Shown here: one piece after another, positions 35,682 through 46,125 of the stretch | Layout of the letters: each line of letters opens with the position of its first letter | How positions within the stretch are numbered: position 1 is the first letter of the stretch | Virus record (IMG/VR): IMGVR_UViG_3300012942_000005 | Location: 1-58,726 of that record | DNA from: a virus | Taxonomy: Duplodnaviria; Caudoviricetes | Strand: one strand, 5' to 3' | DNA length: 58,726 nt | Position numbers and translations under genes: made by a program | Notes under the pieces: generated by a model | The model's input: only the letters and a program-made list of their open reading frames with translations | What the model was told of the DNA's origin: nothing | Database searches by the model: none

Positions 35682-38600
35682 TTATTGAGACGTAAGTGCT
35701 TGATACGATTGAACCGCGATCACTCCGGCGCGACCGCCCTTCAATGCTTTTGCTTTCAGAGCGTCCAAGAACGCTTTTCCGGCTTTCGGATTGCTCTTGT
35801 ACTTTTCGAGCACGTCCGCCATCTTTTTAGGATTGGTGAACAGATCGATTGCGGCCTTGACAGTGCGGCCATTCGCTTCTTTCAGCGCAGACTGGATGAC
35901 CTTACCAGCAAGCGCACCCGGAATCGCCCCGAGGCCATGCAACGAGCCTTCGCCAGCAATAGCGCCGACCGTGCCACCGTCAATTCCGTGGCCAAGCACC
36001 TTGAGCAGCCCGGATTGCTTCAAGGCTTCGTTAGCGGCGGTCTGCGATCCGGCCGCGCCGAGCGAAGCATTAGCTGTGGTCGAGCGCTGCAAATCTTTGA
36101 GCAGGCTGTCACCGTATTGTGCTTGGGGCCCTTGCAAGTTCGCGTTACGCAGCGCTGCCTTTGCCGTGCTGTACGCGATTTGCGGTTCGCCAGACGCATT
36201 ATTCGCCGATTGCGACAATTTATCAAGTACGTTCGCGAGGTTCTGGCGCGATGCGAGGCTCAGACCGGTAGTGGCTTGCCCGTTGATCGCCGCTGCATAG
36301 CCCGGCGATTGGCCGCTCAGGTACGAGTTGAAGTCGCCAAGCGCTCGCACCGCAGACTGATCGCCGCCCATCGCCCGCTGGGTCAATTGCTGACGAATCA
36401 GTTCCTGCCCCTGTGCGTCGAGCCCGAGCATGTTACCCGGCGCGCGCTGTGCTTGCTGACCAATCTGCTGCAACTGATTGACCTGATCCGGCGTGATCCG
36501 ATCAGCGGGCCGCAATCCCGGCTTCAACTGATCGCGACGCACCGCATTGATCGTCGAATTCAGGGCGGTAGGATTCGCCTCCCCTGTCAGGTTGTTGACC
36601 GCACCTGCGAGCTTCGATTGCAGGAACGTTTGTTGATCGATGGGTACCGAATTGGCAGCATAGTTCGCGCGAGCCGTATTGAACGAATTCGCGATATCGT
36701 TACCCACATGTTCCGGGTTGCCGAGGAAGCCGTCGACCGCGTCCAACGTGGCGCGGTAGCCTGCCGCCGCTTTCGCCCGACCTGCGCGCGCTGCCTCGTT
36801 GGCCATGTCGGACAGTTCGCTGCGCGCGCCTTGCAAAATGCCCGCATCGACCATGCGATTGCCCGGCTGCTCGACCCAGTTCAGCGTGCCATCCGGGTTC
36901 ATCGCGAGCGAGCGCGTGCCGCCTTCTGTGGTGAAAGGCTCGCGGGCTGCGGACCCTTGCAAGTTGTCTTCGATCCCTGCCGCCCGGCGCAGCGCCAGAT
37001 TGAAACCCGGCCGCGCTTCCAGATCAGCGAACGCGGGAGTATCCGCGCCTACTTGACCGGCGACTCCCGCATAATCGTCAGTGCCTTGGGTGCGACGTGC
37101 GCCTCGCAATTGCTCCAAGCTATCGGGCGTGCCAGCCAATTGACTTACTTGATCGGCCAACCCTTGGTTGATAGTGGCGGATTGCTGATCGAACGAGCCG
37201 ACGCCTGAGTTCGCTGCCTCGCGACGTGCCGCGTTGATAGCAGTTTGGTACTCCGGCGTCTGCATCGCATCCGCTTGCGCTTGCGTCACCGGCGCAACTT
37301 CGGACTGACCTTGCGCAATGCGCTGGGCTTGGGCTTGCGTGAACGCTTGCTGTTCGGCTTCCAGCCCCGGCCCCATCATCGCCGGATTGGAATTGCTCGC
37401 GCTCGGCCCCACCGCGTCTTGGCCAGCCTGAAAGCGGGCTGCATTGTTCTGCGCATCACGCGCGCTGAATTCCGCTTGGCCTTCCGGCGTATTACGAAGC
37501 GCGCGCTGGGCTGCGCTGATCGTCGTATTGTTCGCAGTTTCCGCAGCAGTCGGTAGGCTCCCCGGAATGATTTCGTCCGAGTTCTGACGCAAGTTCTGGA
37601 TCACCGTGTCCGCTTGATCGCCAAGCATGTTCTGGATGATCTTAGTTGCTGCTGGCTCGCCGCCTTTCAGTCGATTGATAAAATCGGTGATAGGCACCTT
37701 AGCGGCTTCCGCTGCTGCGCCAAGGATATGCCCGAGGGCTGCGCCGCCCGCGCCCAAGCCTGCCCCTTCAACGGCCGATTGAGCGACGTTACCGCCATTG
37801 AGCGAGGCATCGCCCGCGCTGAGAATGCCGCCCGCGACCGCTTGACCGCCGACGCTCATCGGGGCTACCAAAGCCGGCGCGACTTGACCGATGAACTGTC
37901 CAGTTTCCCCCGCGAGCGTATTGCCGCCATTAGCGGTCACGTCTTTCTGGCCTTGGACGTTGCCCGTTGCAGCATCCTGTTGCAGCCAGTTGCCCGCGCC
38001 AGTTGCCCCAATTGCGCTCAGACCTTTACCCACAAGGGATTGAGTCCCGAGCGCGGTCTTTTGCACGCCACGGCCGAGCCCCGCGCCGAGCGCCACGAGC
38101 GGGTTGGTTTCATCGCCGGCACCGACACTTGCCCCCGGATACTGCTTGGCGATTGCGTCGAAGTCAGGAACGGTCGATTGGGTGTCCTGCGGCTTCGCTG
38201 CTGACGCACTTTGACCTGCCCCCGTTTGCTGATTGAAGTTCAGCGCATAGGCGAGCGTTTCATTCGGCACTTTCGACGGATCAGCGCCGCTCTTGAGCCA
38301 CTTGTCCACATTGCCCGGACCCCAATCGTAGGCCATCGCCGCGATTGTTGGGTCTTTGAAATGGGAGTTCAGGGCGTTGTAGTACTGCCGCCCCATGCGC
38401 GCGTCATCTTCGGGCGTTCCATTCGAAGGCGATACGCCGAAGCCCGGATCAGCAGCGGTGCGCGGCATGACCTGCATATTCCCGCGCGCGCCGGAAGCCG
38501 GATTGACGATACCCGCAGTCGCATCGGATGCGCCGCTCGACTCGTTGCCGTTGATTGCCGAGGTGAACGTGTTCGGCGCAGACGAGGGAGCGCCAGCGGG

Positions 38601-38687
38601 CGAGGCCGCAGCCCCGCCGCTGTTCAACAGATCGGCTAGATCGGAATCGCTCAGATTACTTGGGGACGTACCAGCGGCCGTTTGCAT
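35682..38687 (-). CDS. Internal virion (ejection) protein with lytic transglycosylase domain
   Basis: ESSG...ARGNMQVMP.TA..PGFGV...AY.WGPGNV; long helical Ala/Gln-rich body. Confidence 0.85.
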   Translation of the reverse strand: MQTAAGTSPSNLSDSDLADLLNSGGAAASPAGAPSSAPNTFTSAINGNESSGASDATAGIVNPASGARGNMQVMPRTAADPGFGVSPSNGTPEDDARMGRQYYNALNSHFKDPTIAAMAYDWGPGNVDKWLKSGADPSKVPNETLAYALNFNQQTGAGQSASAAKPQDTQSTVPDFDAIAKQYPGASVGAGDETNPLVALGAGLGRGVQKTALGTQSLVGKGLSAIGATGAGNWLQQDAATGNVQGQKDVTANGGNTLAGETGQFIGQVAPALVAPMSVGGQAVAGGILSAGDASLNGGNVAQSAVEGAGLGAGGAALGHILGAAAEAAKVPITDFINRLKGGEPAATKIIQNMLGDQADTVIQNLRQNSDEIIPGSLPTAAETANNTTISAAQRALRNTPEGQAEFSARDAQNNAARFQAGQDAVGPSASNSNPAMMGPGLEAEQQAFTQAQAQRIAQGQSEVAPVTQAQADAMQTPEYQTAINAARREAANSGVGSFDQQSATINQGLADQVSQLAGTPDSLEQLRGARRTQGTDDYAGVAGQVGADTPAFADLEARPGFNLALRRAAGIEDNLQGSAAREPFTTEGGTRSLAMNPDGTLNWVEQPGNRMVDAGILQGARSELSDMANEAARAGRAKAAAGYRATLDAVDGFLGNPEHVGNDIANSFNTARANYAANSVPIDQQTFLQSKLAGAVNNLTGEANPTALNSTINAVRRDQLKPGLRPADRITPDQVNQLQQIGQQAQRAPGNMLGLDAQGQELIRQQLTQRAMGGDQSAVRALGDFNSYLSGQSPGYAAAINGQATTGLSLASRQNLANVLDKLSQSANNASGEPQIAYSTAKAALRNANLQGPQAQYGDSLLKDLQRSTTANASLGAAGSQTAANEALKQSGLLKVLGHGIDGGTVGAIAGEGSLHGLGAIPGALAGKVIQSALKEANGRTVKAAIDLFTNPKKMADVLEKYKSNPKAGKAFLDALKAKALKGGRAGVIAVQSYQALTSQ

Positions 38688-40431
38688 CTTGTTTCAGTCC
38701 TCGACTCTTGGCCAGCGAGACCAGTTGCGGATTAGCGACGGGCGCTCCCTGCGTGCCGCCAGATGCGCCATTCTGCCCGGATTGCTGCGCCGGGGTACCC
38801 CCTAATCCGGCACTGACTTGCGCGTAGGTCGTACCTGCGGGGAAAGTCATCCCGTTGAACGTCAGCGGCGCGGCCAGTGGGGACATATCGCCGCGATTCT
38901 GCGATAGGTACGTCGCTTGCCGTTGAGCTTGGTTCGCAACGTCGGCTTGGAGCTTGCCGTAGCTTTGCAAGAACTTACCCCACGTGGAACCACTCGCCGT
39001 ATCCGGCGGCATCCCGCTTTTGAGCAACTGGACGTCAGTATTCGTCAAGCGACCGCCTATGCCCGGCTTCCACGTGGCGAGATAATCTTGGTACGTTTGT
39101 TGACGCATTTGATTGCGAAGAATCTGGCCGGTCGTTTGATCGCCCGTGAGCTTCGTCCAAATATCCTGACCTTGCGCCGCGATACCGCCGGGCACGCTTA
39201 CATAATTCGGATTCGGCACTTGCTGACCGGTTGTCGGATCAGTCATCGTGGGCGACAAGCGCTGAATCCAATTGGCGGTCATTTGCGCTTGATGTGCCTG
39301 ATTCGCGGCTTCGGCTTGGGCAGTATTAACAACTTTCAGACGATCTGCCGGAAGCGGCCCGGTATTCACGAGTGATTTCGGAATCGGAGCGCCGACCGGC
39401 TGTCCGAACTTGTCGATATTCTGCGTGAACGTGTTGCCTTGCGCATCCTGATAGTCGCGCGAGCCAGCGACTGGCAAAGTGCCGCCCGGTCCGGTCAGCA
39501 CTTGCGGGCTCTGGCCGTTAGCGATCATCGCCGGGGTAATGACTCCGTTGCCCGGCTCAACTTGAGTCGGACTGTTCAACGCCTTCTGACGCTCCGTCAC
39601 AGCGTTGTAGTTTGCGGTCGCGTTCGTCGCTTGCTTTTCGGCAAGGTCTTGGGCGAGCTTCTGGCGCGCAAGAGTGTTCTGAATCTGATTTTGCGTGACC
39701 GCTTGATATTGGTTCAAGCCCGCCGCACCCGCACCTCCGACCAATTGGGACAAATTGCGAGTACCGTCATTATTGCCGAGCAACGACAGGCCGGCTGCAA
39801 GCAAGCCTTGCGACGCAGCCGGTGACAAGCTCTTGAGGTGACCGCCGACTTCGCCAAGCGTATCACCCAATGTGGACAAAAGACCCTTCGCCTTCACAGG
39901 GTCTTGTGCGGCATCCTGACTAGCCCCCGCCAGAGCAGTAAGAAGCCCACCCTGTCCCGACGACGCACTTGCGCCCGGAGAAGCCTGAGTGCCATCGGAA
40001 TTGTAATCCGAAGGCGAAGGGAAACCTGCGGTGGCATTAACATTGGCCACAGTAGTGTCGGGGACGCTGGCCGATTGCAAACCCGGATCGGTGGCAGCGG
40101 GCGCGGCGGCTTGCAGGGCTGCGCCTTGATTGCCTTGCCGCGCTGCAATTTGAGCCGCCGTGATGGCCGCCACTTGGCTAGGATCGGCTCCGGGCGCGCT
40201 TTGCCCTTGCTGGGCTTGCGCGTCGGCTGCTTCTGCGGCGCTGATCGGAATGATCGACGGATTTTGATTCGCTTGCGCGTTGATGAACGCGGGAGTGTCT
40301 TGACTCATCGCGCCGCCCAGCGTTTGAGTCGGATTACCGCGAATCAGCGACAACAGACTGCCCAGCCCTTGGCCGATGCCAGAGCCAGCAGTGCCATACG
40401 CGTTCGCCAGATCGTCGAGAAGGCCAGCCAT
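38656..40431 (-). CDS. Internal virion (ejection) protein
   Basis: MAGLLD start; Gln/Ala/Gly-rich; position in the injection cluster. Confidence 0.7.
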   Translation of the reverse strand: MAGLLDDLANAYGTAGSGIGQGLGSLLSLIRGNPTQTLGGAMSQDTPAFINAQANQNPSIIPISAAEAADAQAQQGQSAPGADPSQVAAITAAQIAARQGNQGAALQAAAPAATDPGLQSASVPDTTVANVNATAGFPSPSDYNSDGTQASPGASASSGQGGLLTALAGASQDAAQDPVKAKGLLSTLGDTLGEVGGHLKSLSPAASQGLLAAGLSLLGNNDGTRNLSQLVGGAGAAGLNQYQAVTQNQIQNTLARQKLAQDLAEKQATNATANYNAVTERQKALNSPTQVEPGNGVITPAMIANGQSPQVLTGPGGTLPVAGSRDYQDAQGNTFTQNIDKFGQPVGAPIPKSLVNTGPLPADRLKVVNTAQAEAANQAHQAQMTANWIQRLSPTMTDPTTGQQVPNPNYVSVPGGIAAQGQDIWTKLTGDQTTGQILRNQMRQQTYQDYLATWKPGIGGRLTNTDVQLLKSGMPPDTASGSTWGKFLQSYGKLQADVANQAQRQATYLSQNRGDMSPLAAPLTFNGMTFPAGTTYAQVSAGLGGTPAQQSGQNGASGGTQGAPVANPQLVSLAKSRGLKQDANGRWYVPK

Positions 40432-40440
40432 AGTAATCCC

Positions 40441-40974
40441 TTAAAACAACGTGCTCAAACCGCCAAGCAAGCCGCCAGCGACGCCGCCAATCGCGGTTCC
40501 GACGCCCGGCACGATCGAGCCGATAGCCGCACCGGTGCCCGCGCCTTTCAGTGCAGCGCCGCCGATGTTACCCGCGCTGTTACCCGAGTGAGTCGGGCTT
40601 ACAGTGCCTTGAAGCAAACCGCCCGCGACGTTGCCCGCGATCCCGAGAGGTCCGCCCCATGCCGAACTTAGGCCGCCCGCTGCGGAGCCCAGCGTACCGG
40701 AATTCGCCGCCAAGTCTCCAAGACCGGAGCCCATTCCAGCGGCCGGCCCGAACAACGCGCCGCTTCCTGCAATCGAACTCGGAGCAAGCGCGCCCGCTGC
40801 TGCGCCAGTAGCAGAGCCGCCCGTAAGCGCGCCAGCGAGGCCCGCATCGGGGAGCGAATTGGTGATACTTGACGCGGGAGCGATGCCGCTCGCCAACTTG
40901 CCGATAATCGGCCGAGCTTGCATCGCAGCAGTGTTGACTTGATTCGAAGCCGATTGGTTTCCGCCCGAACTCAT
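40441..40974 (-). CDS. Glycine-zipper virion protein
   Basis: GAGTGAAIGSIVPGVGTAIGGVAGGLLGGL. Confidence 0.7.
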   Translation of the reverse strand: MSSGGNQSASNQVNTAAMQARPIIGKLASGIAPASSITNSLPDAGLAGALTGGSATGAAAGALAPSSIAGSGALFGPAAGMGSGLGDLAANSGTLGSAAGGLSSAWGGPLGIAGNVAGGLLQGTVSPTHSGNSAGNIGGAALKGAGTGAAIGSIVPGVGTAIGGVAGGLLGGLSTLF

Positions 40975-41498
40975 TGTGCCCCCGGATGATATTTAGCCAG
41001 CAGTTGGAGCAGAGCGCTACCCGCTTGCGAACCGCCGTTCGACCCCGCAAAGTCCGTAATCGGGCTTTGGAATTGAGTCGGTTTCGTCGTCACATGCGCA
41101 TTCCCAGTCGGAAGCCGCTGCGTACCCGTACCCGTCGAACCTGTCGAACCGGATATTTTCGCCCCAGTCGCGAGCGCGTTCGACAGCGCTTGCGAATTAA
41201 GTTGCGACGTGCTCGAACTGGGCATGGAAAACGACAAATTGCCGTTCAGCGCGCCTTGAGAAATACCGCTGCCAGTCGGAACATAATTACTCGACGCGCC
41301 GTTTGCCGTGGCAAATCCGTTCGGCAACGTGCCAGCGTTCGGACCCATCAGAGACCCGTTCAGTCCGTTCAATCCCGTATTCGGATCGACCGAACCAAGC
41401 CCGGTGCTGAAATTGCCCATGTTGGAGCTACCCACATTGGTGACGGGGCTCGTGACGCTTTGCGGGATTTCGCTGTTTCCGTTGCTTTGACTGCTCAT
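40971..41498 (-). CDS. Ser/Gly/Asn-rich virion protein
   Basis: AAGGGG RBS before MSSQSNG; ATGA overlap. Confidence 0.6.
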   Translation of the reverse strand: MSSQSNGNSEIPQSVTSPVTNVGSSNMGNFSTGLGSVDPNTGLNGLNGSLMGPNAGTLPNGFATANGASSNYVPTGSGISQGALNGNLSFSMPSSSTSQLNSQALSNALATGAKISGSTGSTGTGTQRLPTGNAHVTTKPTQFQSPITDFAGSNGGSQAGSALLQLLAKYHPGAQ

Positions 41499-41508
41499 TG
41501 ATTTCCCC

Positions 41509-42504
41509 TTAACCCGAAAGAGCGCCATACAAGCCCGCGCCGGTAGCCCCAAGGCCGAGCAGCGATGCTAGCGTGTTGGACGAGCCCGGATTGGTCTGAC
41601 TCAGCGAAGTACCTGCACCCGACCCGAGCGCGCCCGACAGAGCGCTCGAAAGCGTCGACAGATTCGCATACGGCTGGTTGACCTGGTTGTACCATTGCTG
41701 GTACGCGGCGTTCAATTGATCCTGCGTGTTTTGCTGCTCCGTCGCGCCGCCGGTAAGCTGAGTGTTTGCCAAGCTGCCGGCGGTATTGTTCGCGCTTGCC
41801 GCGGTTTGCAAAGCCGAGTTGTCGAGATAGCCGTTGTTGAAATAGTTGCTCGATAGCTGCGAGTTGTACGCGTTGTTCGCATTCGTGCCAATTGCCTGAT
41901 TCGACAGATTGACCGCATTCTGTTGCGCTGCGTTCTGCGAGGCCACGGAGGCGGCAGTATTGTATGCCGAGTTCTCCATGTTCGCGGTGTTGTTCGACAG
42001 CGCGTTGCCGAGTTGGTACTCGTTGTTCGACGTGGCTTGCTGCTGGGCCGAACCGCCGAATGCGCCCGCGTCACGGAACTGCGCGAGCGTGGTCGGAGCG
42101 GTGACGCTATTGTATGCTTGGGTAATCGCTTGGTTCGAAGCGTTTACCGCGCTATTCAAGTATGGATTGTTCGAAGCGTCCGCATATTGATTCGCAGCAG
42201 TGGAAGCGGTCACATTGCCGGTATACGGATTGCTGATCGCGGGAGCGCTCGATGCCGCTTGCTGCTGGGCGAACCCGTTTGCCTCATTCGCAATGAGTTG
42301 ACCGTTGTTCGCGGACGAATTCAAGTTATTCAGTCCGGCATTCTGCGTAGAACTGAGGCCCGCGACTTCTTGTCCGGTATACTGCGGAACGGATTGCTGC
42401 GACAGCGCCGACCCTTGCTGCAACAGTTGCTGTGCGTAGGGTTGCGCCCACGAAGGCAATTCAGTCGTCGTTGTGGTGCTGCCACCACTGCCGCCACTGG
42501 ACAT
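41509..42504 (-). CDS. Internal virion/DNA pilot protein
   Basis: MSSGG...TTELPSWAQPY, Y.G..VAGLS..Q, NPYL, AGAFGGS; C-terminal hydrophobic segment. Confidence 0.75.
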   Translation of the reverse strand: MSSGGSGGSTTTTTELPSWAQPYAQQLLQQGSALSQQSVPQYTGQEVAGLSSTQNAGLNNLNSSANNGQLIANEANGFAQQQAASSAPAISNPYTGNVTASTAANQYADASNNPYLNSAVNASNQAITQAYNSVTAPTTLAQFRDAGAFGGSAQQQATSNNEYQLGNALSNNTANMENSAYNTAASVASQNAAQQNAVNLSNQAIGTNANNAYNSQLSSNYFNNGYLDNSALQTAASANNTAGSLANTQLTGGATEQQNTQDQLNAAYQQWYNQVNQPYANLSTLSSALSGALGSGAGTSLSQTNPGSSNTLASLLGLGATGAGLYGALSG

Positions 42505-42520
42505 AATCGGTTCCTCAAAG

Positions 42521-42548
42521 CAAAACGGCTCGCGTATAAGCGAGCCGC
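42521..42548 (-). terminator. Terminator-like hairpin
   Basis: cggctcgc-loop-gcgagccg followed by TTTT on the minus strand. Confidence 0.5.
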
Positions 42549-42570
42549 TGTAAGTAGGCTATTGGGGCCG

Positions 42571-42602
42571 ATTATCGTTGATTGCTGTGCATTAAGCAAC
42601 AG
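42571..42602 (-). promoter_or_regulatory. Late-type promoter
   Basis: ctgTTGCTT-17-GATAAT. Confidence 0.6.
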
Positions 42603-42614
42603 CGGATCAGTACC

Positions 42615-43106
42615 TCAGTGAGTGGCGTGTTTATCGTTATCCGGCGCACCGTCATCGATGGCAATATTCGGGATCGATGCGCCATTTCCGCATACGTGCA
42701 GCGGTTCGACCGGGCATTCATATACCACCATGCGAATCGAAAATCCGTGATCCGGTGCGACCTTGGCCCATGCTTTACGAGTCGAGCCGTAGGTGAGCTT
42801 CGTTGCATTCGCGCTACGCGCGAGTTGCATCAGTTCACCGCGGAAAGTGTGCAGCACATCATAGCCGGTTTCAGCCCTGACCATCCAGATATGCAGATCG
42901 GCACCGAGCAGTCGACAGATCATCCATCCGACGCGCTTGCCTTCGACTTCCAGAAAGAACAACGACGCTTGAGCAGACTTGCACATGGCGTAAGCGTCTT
43001 CGGGAATGAAACCGTCCGGCGCTTCGATTTCGGCAACTTCGTGACGGATTTCCGGCCAAACTTTCGACAAATCGATCGGTGCAATCGCACGCATGTTCGT
43101 GAGCAT
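42615..43106 (-). CDS. Virion assembly protein, possible GNAT-like fold
   Basis: LHIW...S.RKAW pattern; typical position before ejection proteins. Confidence 0.55.
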   Translation of the reverse strand: MLTNMRAIAPIDLSKVWPEIRHEVAEIEAPDGFIPEDAYAMCKSAQASLFFLEVEGKRVGWMICRLLGADLHIWMVRAETGYDVLHTFRGELMQLARSANATKLTYGSTRKAWAKVAPDHGFSIRMVVYECPVEPLHVCGNGASIPNIAIDDGAPDNDKHATH

Positions 43107-43107
43107 T

Positions 43108-43437
43108 TTAAGTTCCAGTTAAGCACCGGCACGGAACCCACGTTCCCGGCTTTCCGCCGGCCGTGCAAATCCAACCGATGACCACGTACTGCGATCCCGC
43201 CGAACCTACAAGCGTCGGGGCTGAGTTGCGGATGAAATCACCCTGCGCATAGAGCGTAACCGAATTATCGGGCGGCGGTGAGGTCGATGCAGTCGTTGAA
43301 CCGCTTATTGAACCGGACGAGAGTCGATTGACCTGCTGCTGGGCCAGTTGCAGCCACGATACGAGCGGCTTAACTAGAGCCTGAACAGTGCTCGGATGAC
43401 CGATCCGATTGGGATCAGGCAGTTGTGTAGTCGGCAC
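43108..43437 (-). CDS. Tail-associated protein
   Basis: GDFIRNSAP...GWIC..GG.PGTW motif. Confidence 0.6.
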   Translation of the reverse strand: MPTTQLPDPNRIGHPSTVQALVKPLVSWLQLAQQQVNRLSSGSISGSTTASTSPPPDNSVTLYAQGDFIRNSAPTLVGSAGSQYVVIGWICTAGGKPGTWVPCRCLTGT

Positions 43438-45159
43438 TTAAATTTCTCCCGAAGGCGCAACGCGAGGAGTCGCGCCCAATATTTCGTGGTTGCCCGTGAA
43501 TTCCATCGTGACTTGGCAATAACGTGACGAAAAATCACATGCCAATTCGCCATCGTAATACGGACCGATGGGCCAACTCTGCGGACTTTGGTTCATCCCG
43601 AGTTGCGATTGGGTGTACGCCGTTCCGGTGGCGGTCGATGGGATTTGCATAAACCGCGGAACGAAGCCCAGCCAATCCGTATAGCTGTAATCGTCACCCA
43701 TCCACCCAGTCGTCAAACTGCTCGCGCCAGCGACTCCGTTCAAGCCTTGCAGCGTGTGAGTCGTGTCGACAAATCCCTGTGCTGGCGCTGACTGAGTCCA
43801 ATACGACGAGTTGTAAGGAATCTGCGGAAGCGTATCCCATGTGGAAACACCGGGCAATGAGCCCATGTCATCCCACGTAATTTGACCGGAAATCGCCTGA
43901 ACGACACACTCAACGGCCAGATCAGCGCGACCGAACTTACCAGTGCGGTAGTTATATACCAAACAAGTGTCAATGGCCCCTTGGCTATTCGAACTTGCGA
44001 AGTACCAGTATATCAGCGAATTCGGCTCATCGTGATACGATTGCACGTTCGCTTGATAAGTTGAGGACCAGGTCGATGACAGCCAATCATGGACTTCGTC
44101 TCCGATAGGCTGCGGAATCGTGCCATCGAAAACGTAAACCTGTTTGTCGGTGCCAAGGAAATAATGCACCGACCCCACTTGAACGACGCATTCCTGCGCT
44201 GGGGTACCAACAATCGGGCTGATCTGATTGAACGCCCATACCACCGGCGGCCCTTCATATACGCCATAGAACATCGATTGCGCCTTGTACACGATGATGT
44301 TCGTGCCGAGCGCTTTACCTGCCGTGATCGGACCTGGCTGGTCGACGATGATCCCGTTTTCGCACTGTGTCGCTTGATCCGGCGTCCAATTCGTCTGATC
44401 GTACAAGCCCGAACACCACCAACCATGTGGGCGCGATCCATTAACCGGATCGCTCGTCCCGAGAGCAAACACAAAACCTTGCACAACTTCCAGAATGTTC
44501 GCAATCGGCGCGCTCTGCATCACTGCCGTGGCCGCAGCGCCCGAACCGCCCCCGCCGCTAAACGTTATTGGGGGAATCTCATCGTATGCGTAACCTTCAC
44601 CGGGATCGTCGATGGTGATGCCGCTAACCGCCCCGCTAGCAATGGAAGCGGTGCCCGTCGCAGCCCGACCGCCTTTAGCAGGAGGCGCAAAGACCACGGT
44701 AGGCGCGCTCGTATAGCCGGTGCCAACAACTTTAACCGTGGCAGACAACACGGAGCCAATCGCGGTAAAATTCCCGCTGCTGATTGACTGTTGCAGCGCG
44801 TCGGCCCCGTTAGTGGCCACAGTAGCATTGCCGAATTGGACGAAGCGCCAGCGATTGGCAGCGCCCGTATACACCCCAGCTGTAGAACTGACGTTCGTAT
44901 TCGTATGACCGCTGACTTCGAACAGATCGGTGCCAGTGCCGACCAGCGTTCGATTCGCTCCGGTCAGAAGTTCAACCGTTGCTGCACCGGTAGTCGCTGC
45001 CGGGAATGCGGGATTGCCGAATGGAGTCGCGCTCGCCCCAGCGCGCATGCCGCGAAGTGTCGGGACCAAATTCGAACAGTTTAGAATCGCGCCCGGTACA
45101 GTCGGATCAACTGACGGCGTGAATCCTTTGAACGGAATGAAAGTTCCTGCGCCCGGCAT
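43438..45159 (-). CDS. Tail nozzle / tubular protein (P22 gp10-like)
   Basis: 573-aa beta-rich ORF after the adaptor; WRFVQFG, W.S...D...W, YNY....F. Confidence 0.75.
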   Translation of the reverse strand: MPGAGTFIPFKGFTPSVDPTVPGAILNCSNLVPTLRGMRAGASATPFGNPAFPAATTGAATVELLTGANRTLVGTGTDLFEVSGHTNTNVSSTAGVYTGAANRWRFVQFGNATVATNGADALQQSISSGNFTAIGSVLSATVKVVGTGYTSAPTVVFAPPAKGGRAATGTASIASGAVSGITIDDPGEGYAYDEIPPITFSGGGGSGAAATAVMQSAPIANILEVVQGFVFALGTSDPVNGSRPHGWWCSGLYDQTNWTPDQATQCENGIIVDQPGPITAGKALGTNIIVYKAQSMFYGVYEGPPVVWAFNQISPIVGTPAQECVVQVGSVHYFLGTDKQVYVFDGTIPQPIGDEVHDWLSSTWSSTYQANVQSYHDEPNSLIYWYFASSNSQGAIDTCLVYNYRTGKFGRADLAVECVVQAISGQITWDDMGSLPGVSTWDTLPQIPYNSSYWTQSAPAQGFVDTTHTLQGLNGVAGASSLTTGWMGDDYSYTDWLGFVPRFMQIPSTATGTAYTQSQLGMNQSPQSWPIGPYYDGELACDFSSRYCQVTMEFTGNHEILGATPRVAPSGEI

Positions 45160-45774
45160 TTAGCCCGCCCGAATGGTGAGTTGACCGGAAGGAAAGCGGC
45201 TCGAAACGTCGTTATCGACATATACCGCAATCGCGTTGTCGCGCTTCGATTGCCAATATTGCGCTTTCTCGTAATCGCGAACATAGCTGAACCCTTCGTA
45301 AAGAGTTCCAGCCAAATAAGCGGTCGGGCTATCTTCAAGCAACCAATTCGACTCGTTTGTATCGGACAACCCTTCGAGTGTTTGGTAATAATCCAGTTGG
45401 AAAATTTGACCTAACTGCGGAACGCTCAAACTGATGTTGTTTCCGATGATTTGATAGCCGTGCGCAATCATCGGAACCGTGCCACCGGCGTATTGCGACT
45501 CCCATCCAATCGGGAAGAAATCCAGCGGGCGGCCGGCGTAATACGCTTGAATCGGCTGTTTACAGTCCGATGGCATCGCAAATACGGCTTGGGATGGGGT
45601 GATGACGAACGAAGTGCGCCGGGCGTTGACTTGGGCGAGGTCGTTCAAATTGTCGAAATACTCTTCAGCCATCTGAACGAAGTTGCCCATCAATGGGGCC
45701 AAGTCCTGTCTCTTGAGCCACTTATTAGCTGCGGCAATCAAGTCGTCGAAATTCTGGATATTGGAATTGGCCAC
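45160..45774 (-). CDS. Head-tail adaptor
   Basis: WL.R.DL...FVQMAE...L.YY...LSDTN.SNWLL...P.AYL.G.L. Confidence 0.8.
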   Translation of the reverse strand: MANSNIQNFDDLIAAANKWLKRQDLAPLMGNFVQMAEEYFDNLNDLAQVNARRTSFVITPSQAVFAMPSDCKQPIQAYYAGRPLDFFPIGWESQYAGGTVPMIAHGYQIIGNNISLSVPQLGQIFQLDYYQTLEGLSDTNESNWLLEDSPTAYLAGTLYEGFSYVRDYEKAQYWQSKRDNAIAVYVDNDVSSRFPSGQLTIRAG

Positions 45775-45783
45775 ATTGGTTCC

Positions 45784-46125
45784 TTAATACGCGCCCGGCG
45801 CGATGCGGAAGTCCGCGAACATGGGATCGGCCAACATTTTCTTGATCCACTTCGGATCGGACCAAAACTCTTCCCATGTGATCCCCCATGCATTGCAACA
45901 GATTTCGGGCATATGCGGAGGGTATAAACCGACGAGTCGCATTTCTTTCGACCCGTGGACACCTTCGTTCGACATGGACTTGGCCAAATCAACCAAGCCA
46001 TCGAACCGCGAGACGTGGCGCGTAATGACTTTCGTCTCGTCGTCGGGACTGGAGATAAACTCCGTTCTCGACAGATACGCGCCTACGTCCGCGCTGACAA
46101 CATCGCGCGGCGAGAAGTCCATCAC
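45784..46125 (-). CDS. Conserved-looking morphogenesis hypothetical protein
   Basis: C-terminal L.DP....FR..PG pattern; precedes adaptor. Confidence 0.65.
   Translation of the reverse strand: MMDFSPRDVVSADVGAYLSRTEFISSPDDETKVITRHVSRFDGLVDLAKSMSNEGVHGSKEMRLVGLYPPHMPEICCNAWGITWEEFWSDPKWIKKMLADPMFADFRIAPGAY

Noticed and set aside
35202-37208. Long plus-strand ORFs opposite structural genes (also 49237..50439, 50126..51154)
   Set aside because: Antisense shadows of GC-rich coding genes with no RBS or motifs
35682-38687. Tape measure protein
   Set aside because: No tail tube or chaperone genes; N-terminal transglycosylase and context fit a podovirus ejection protein
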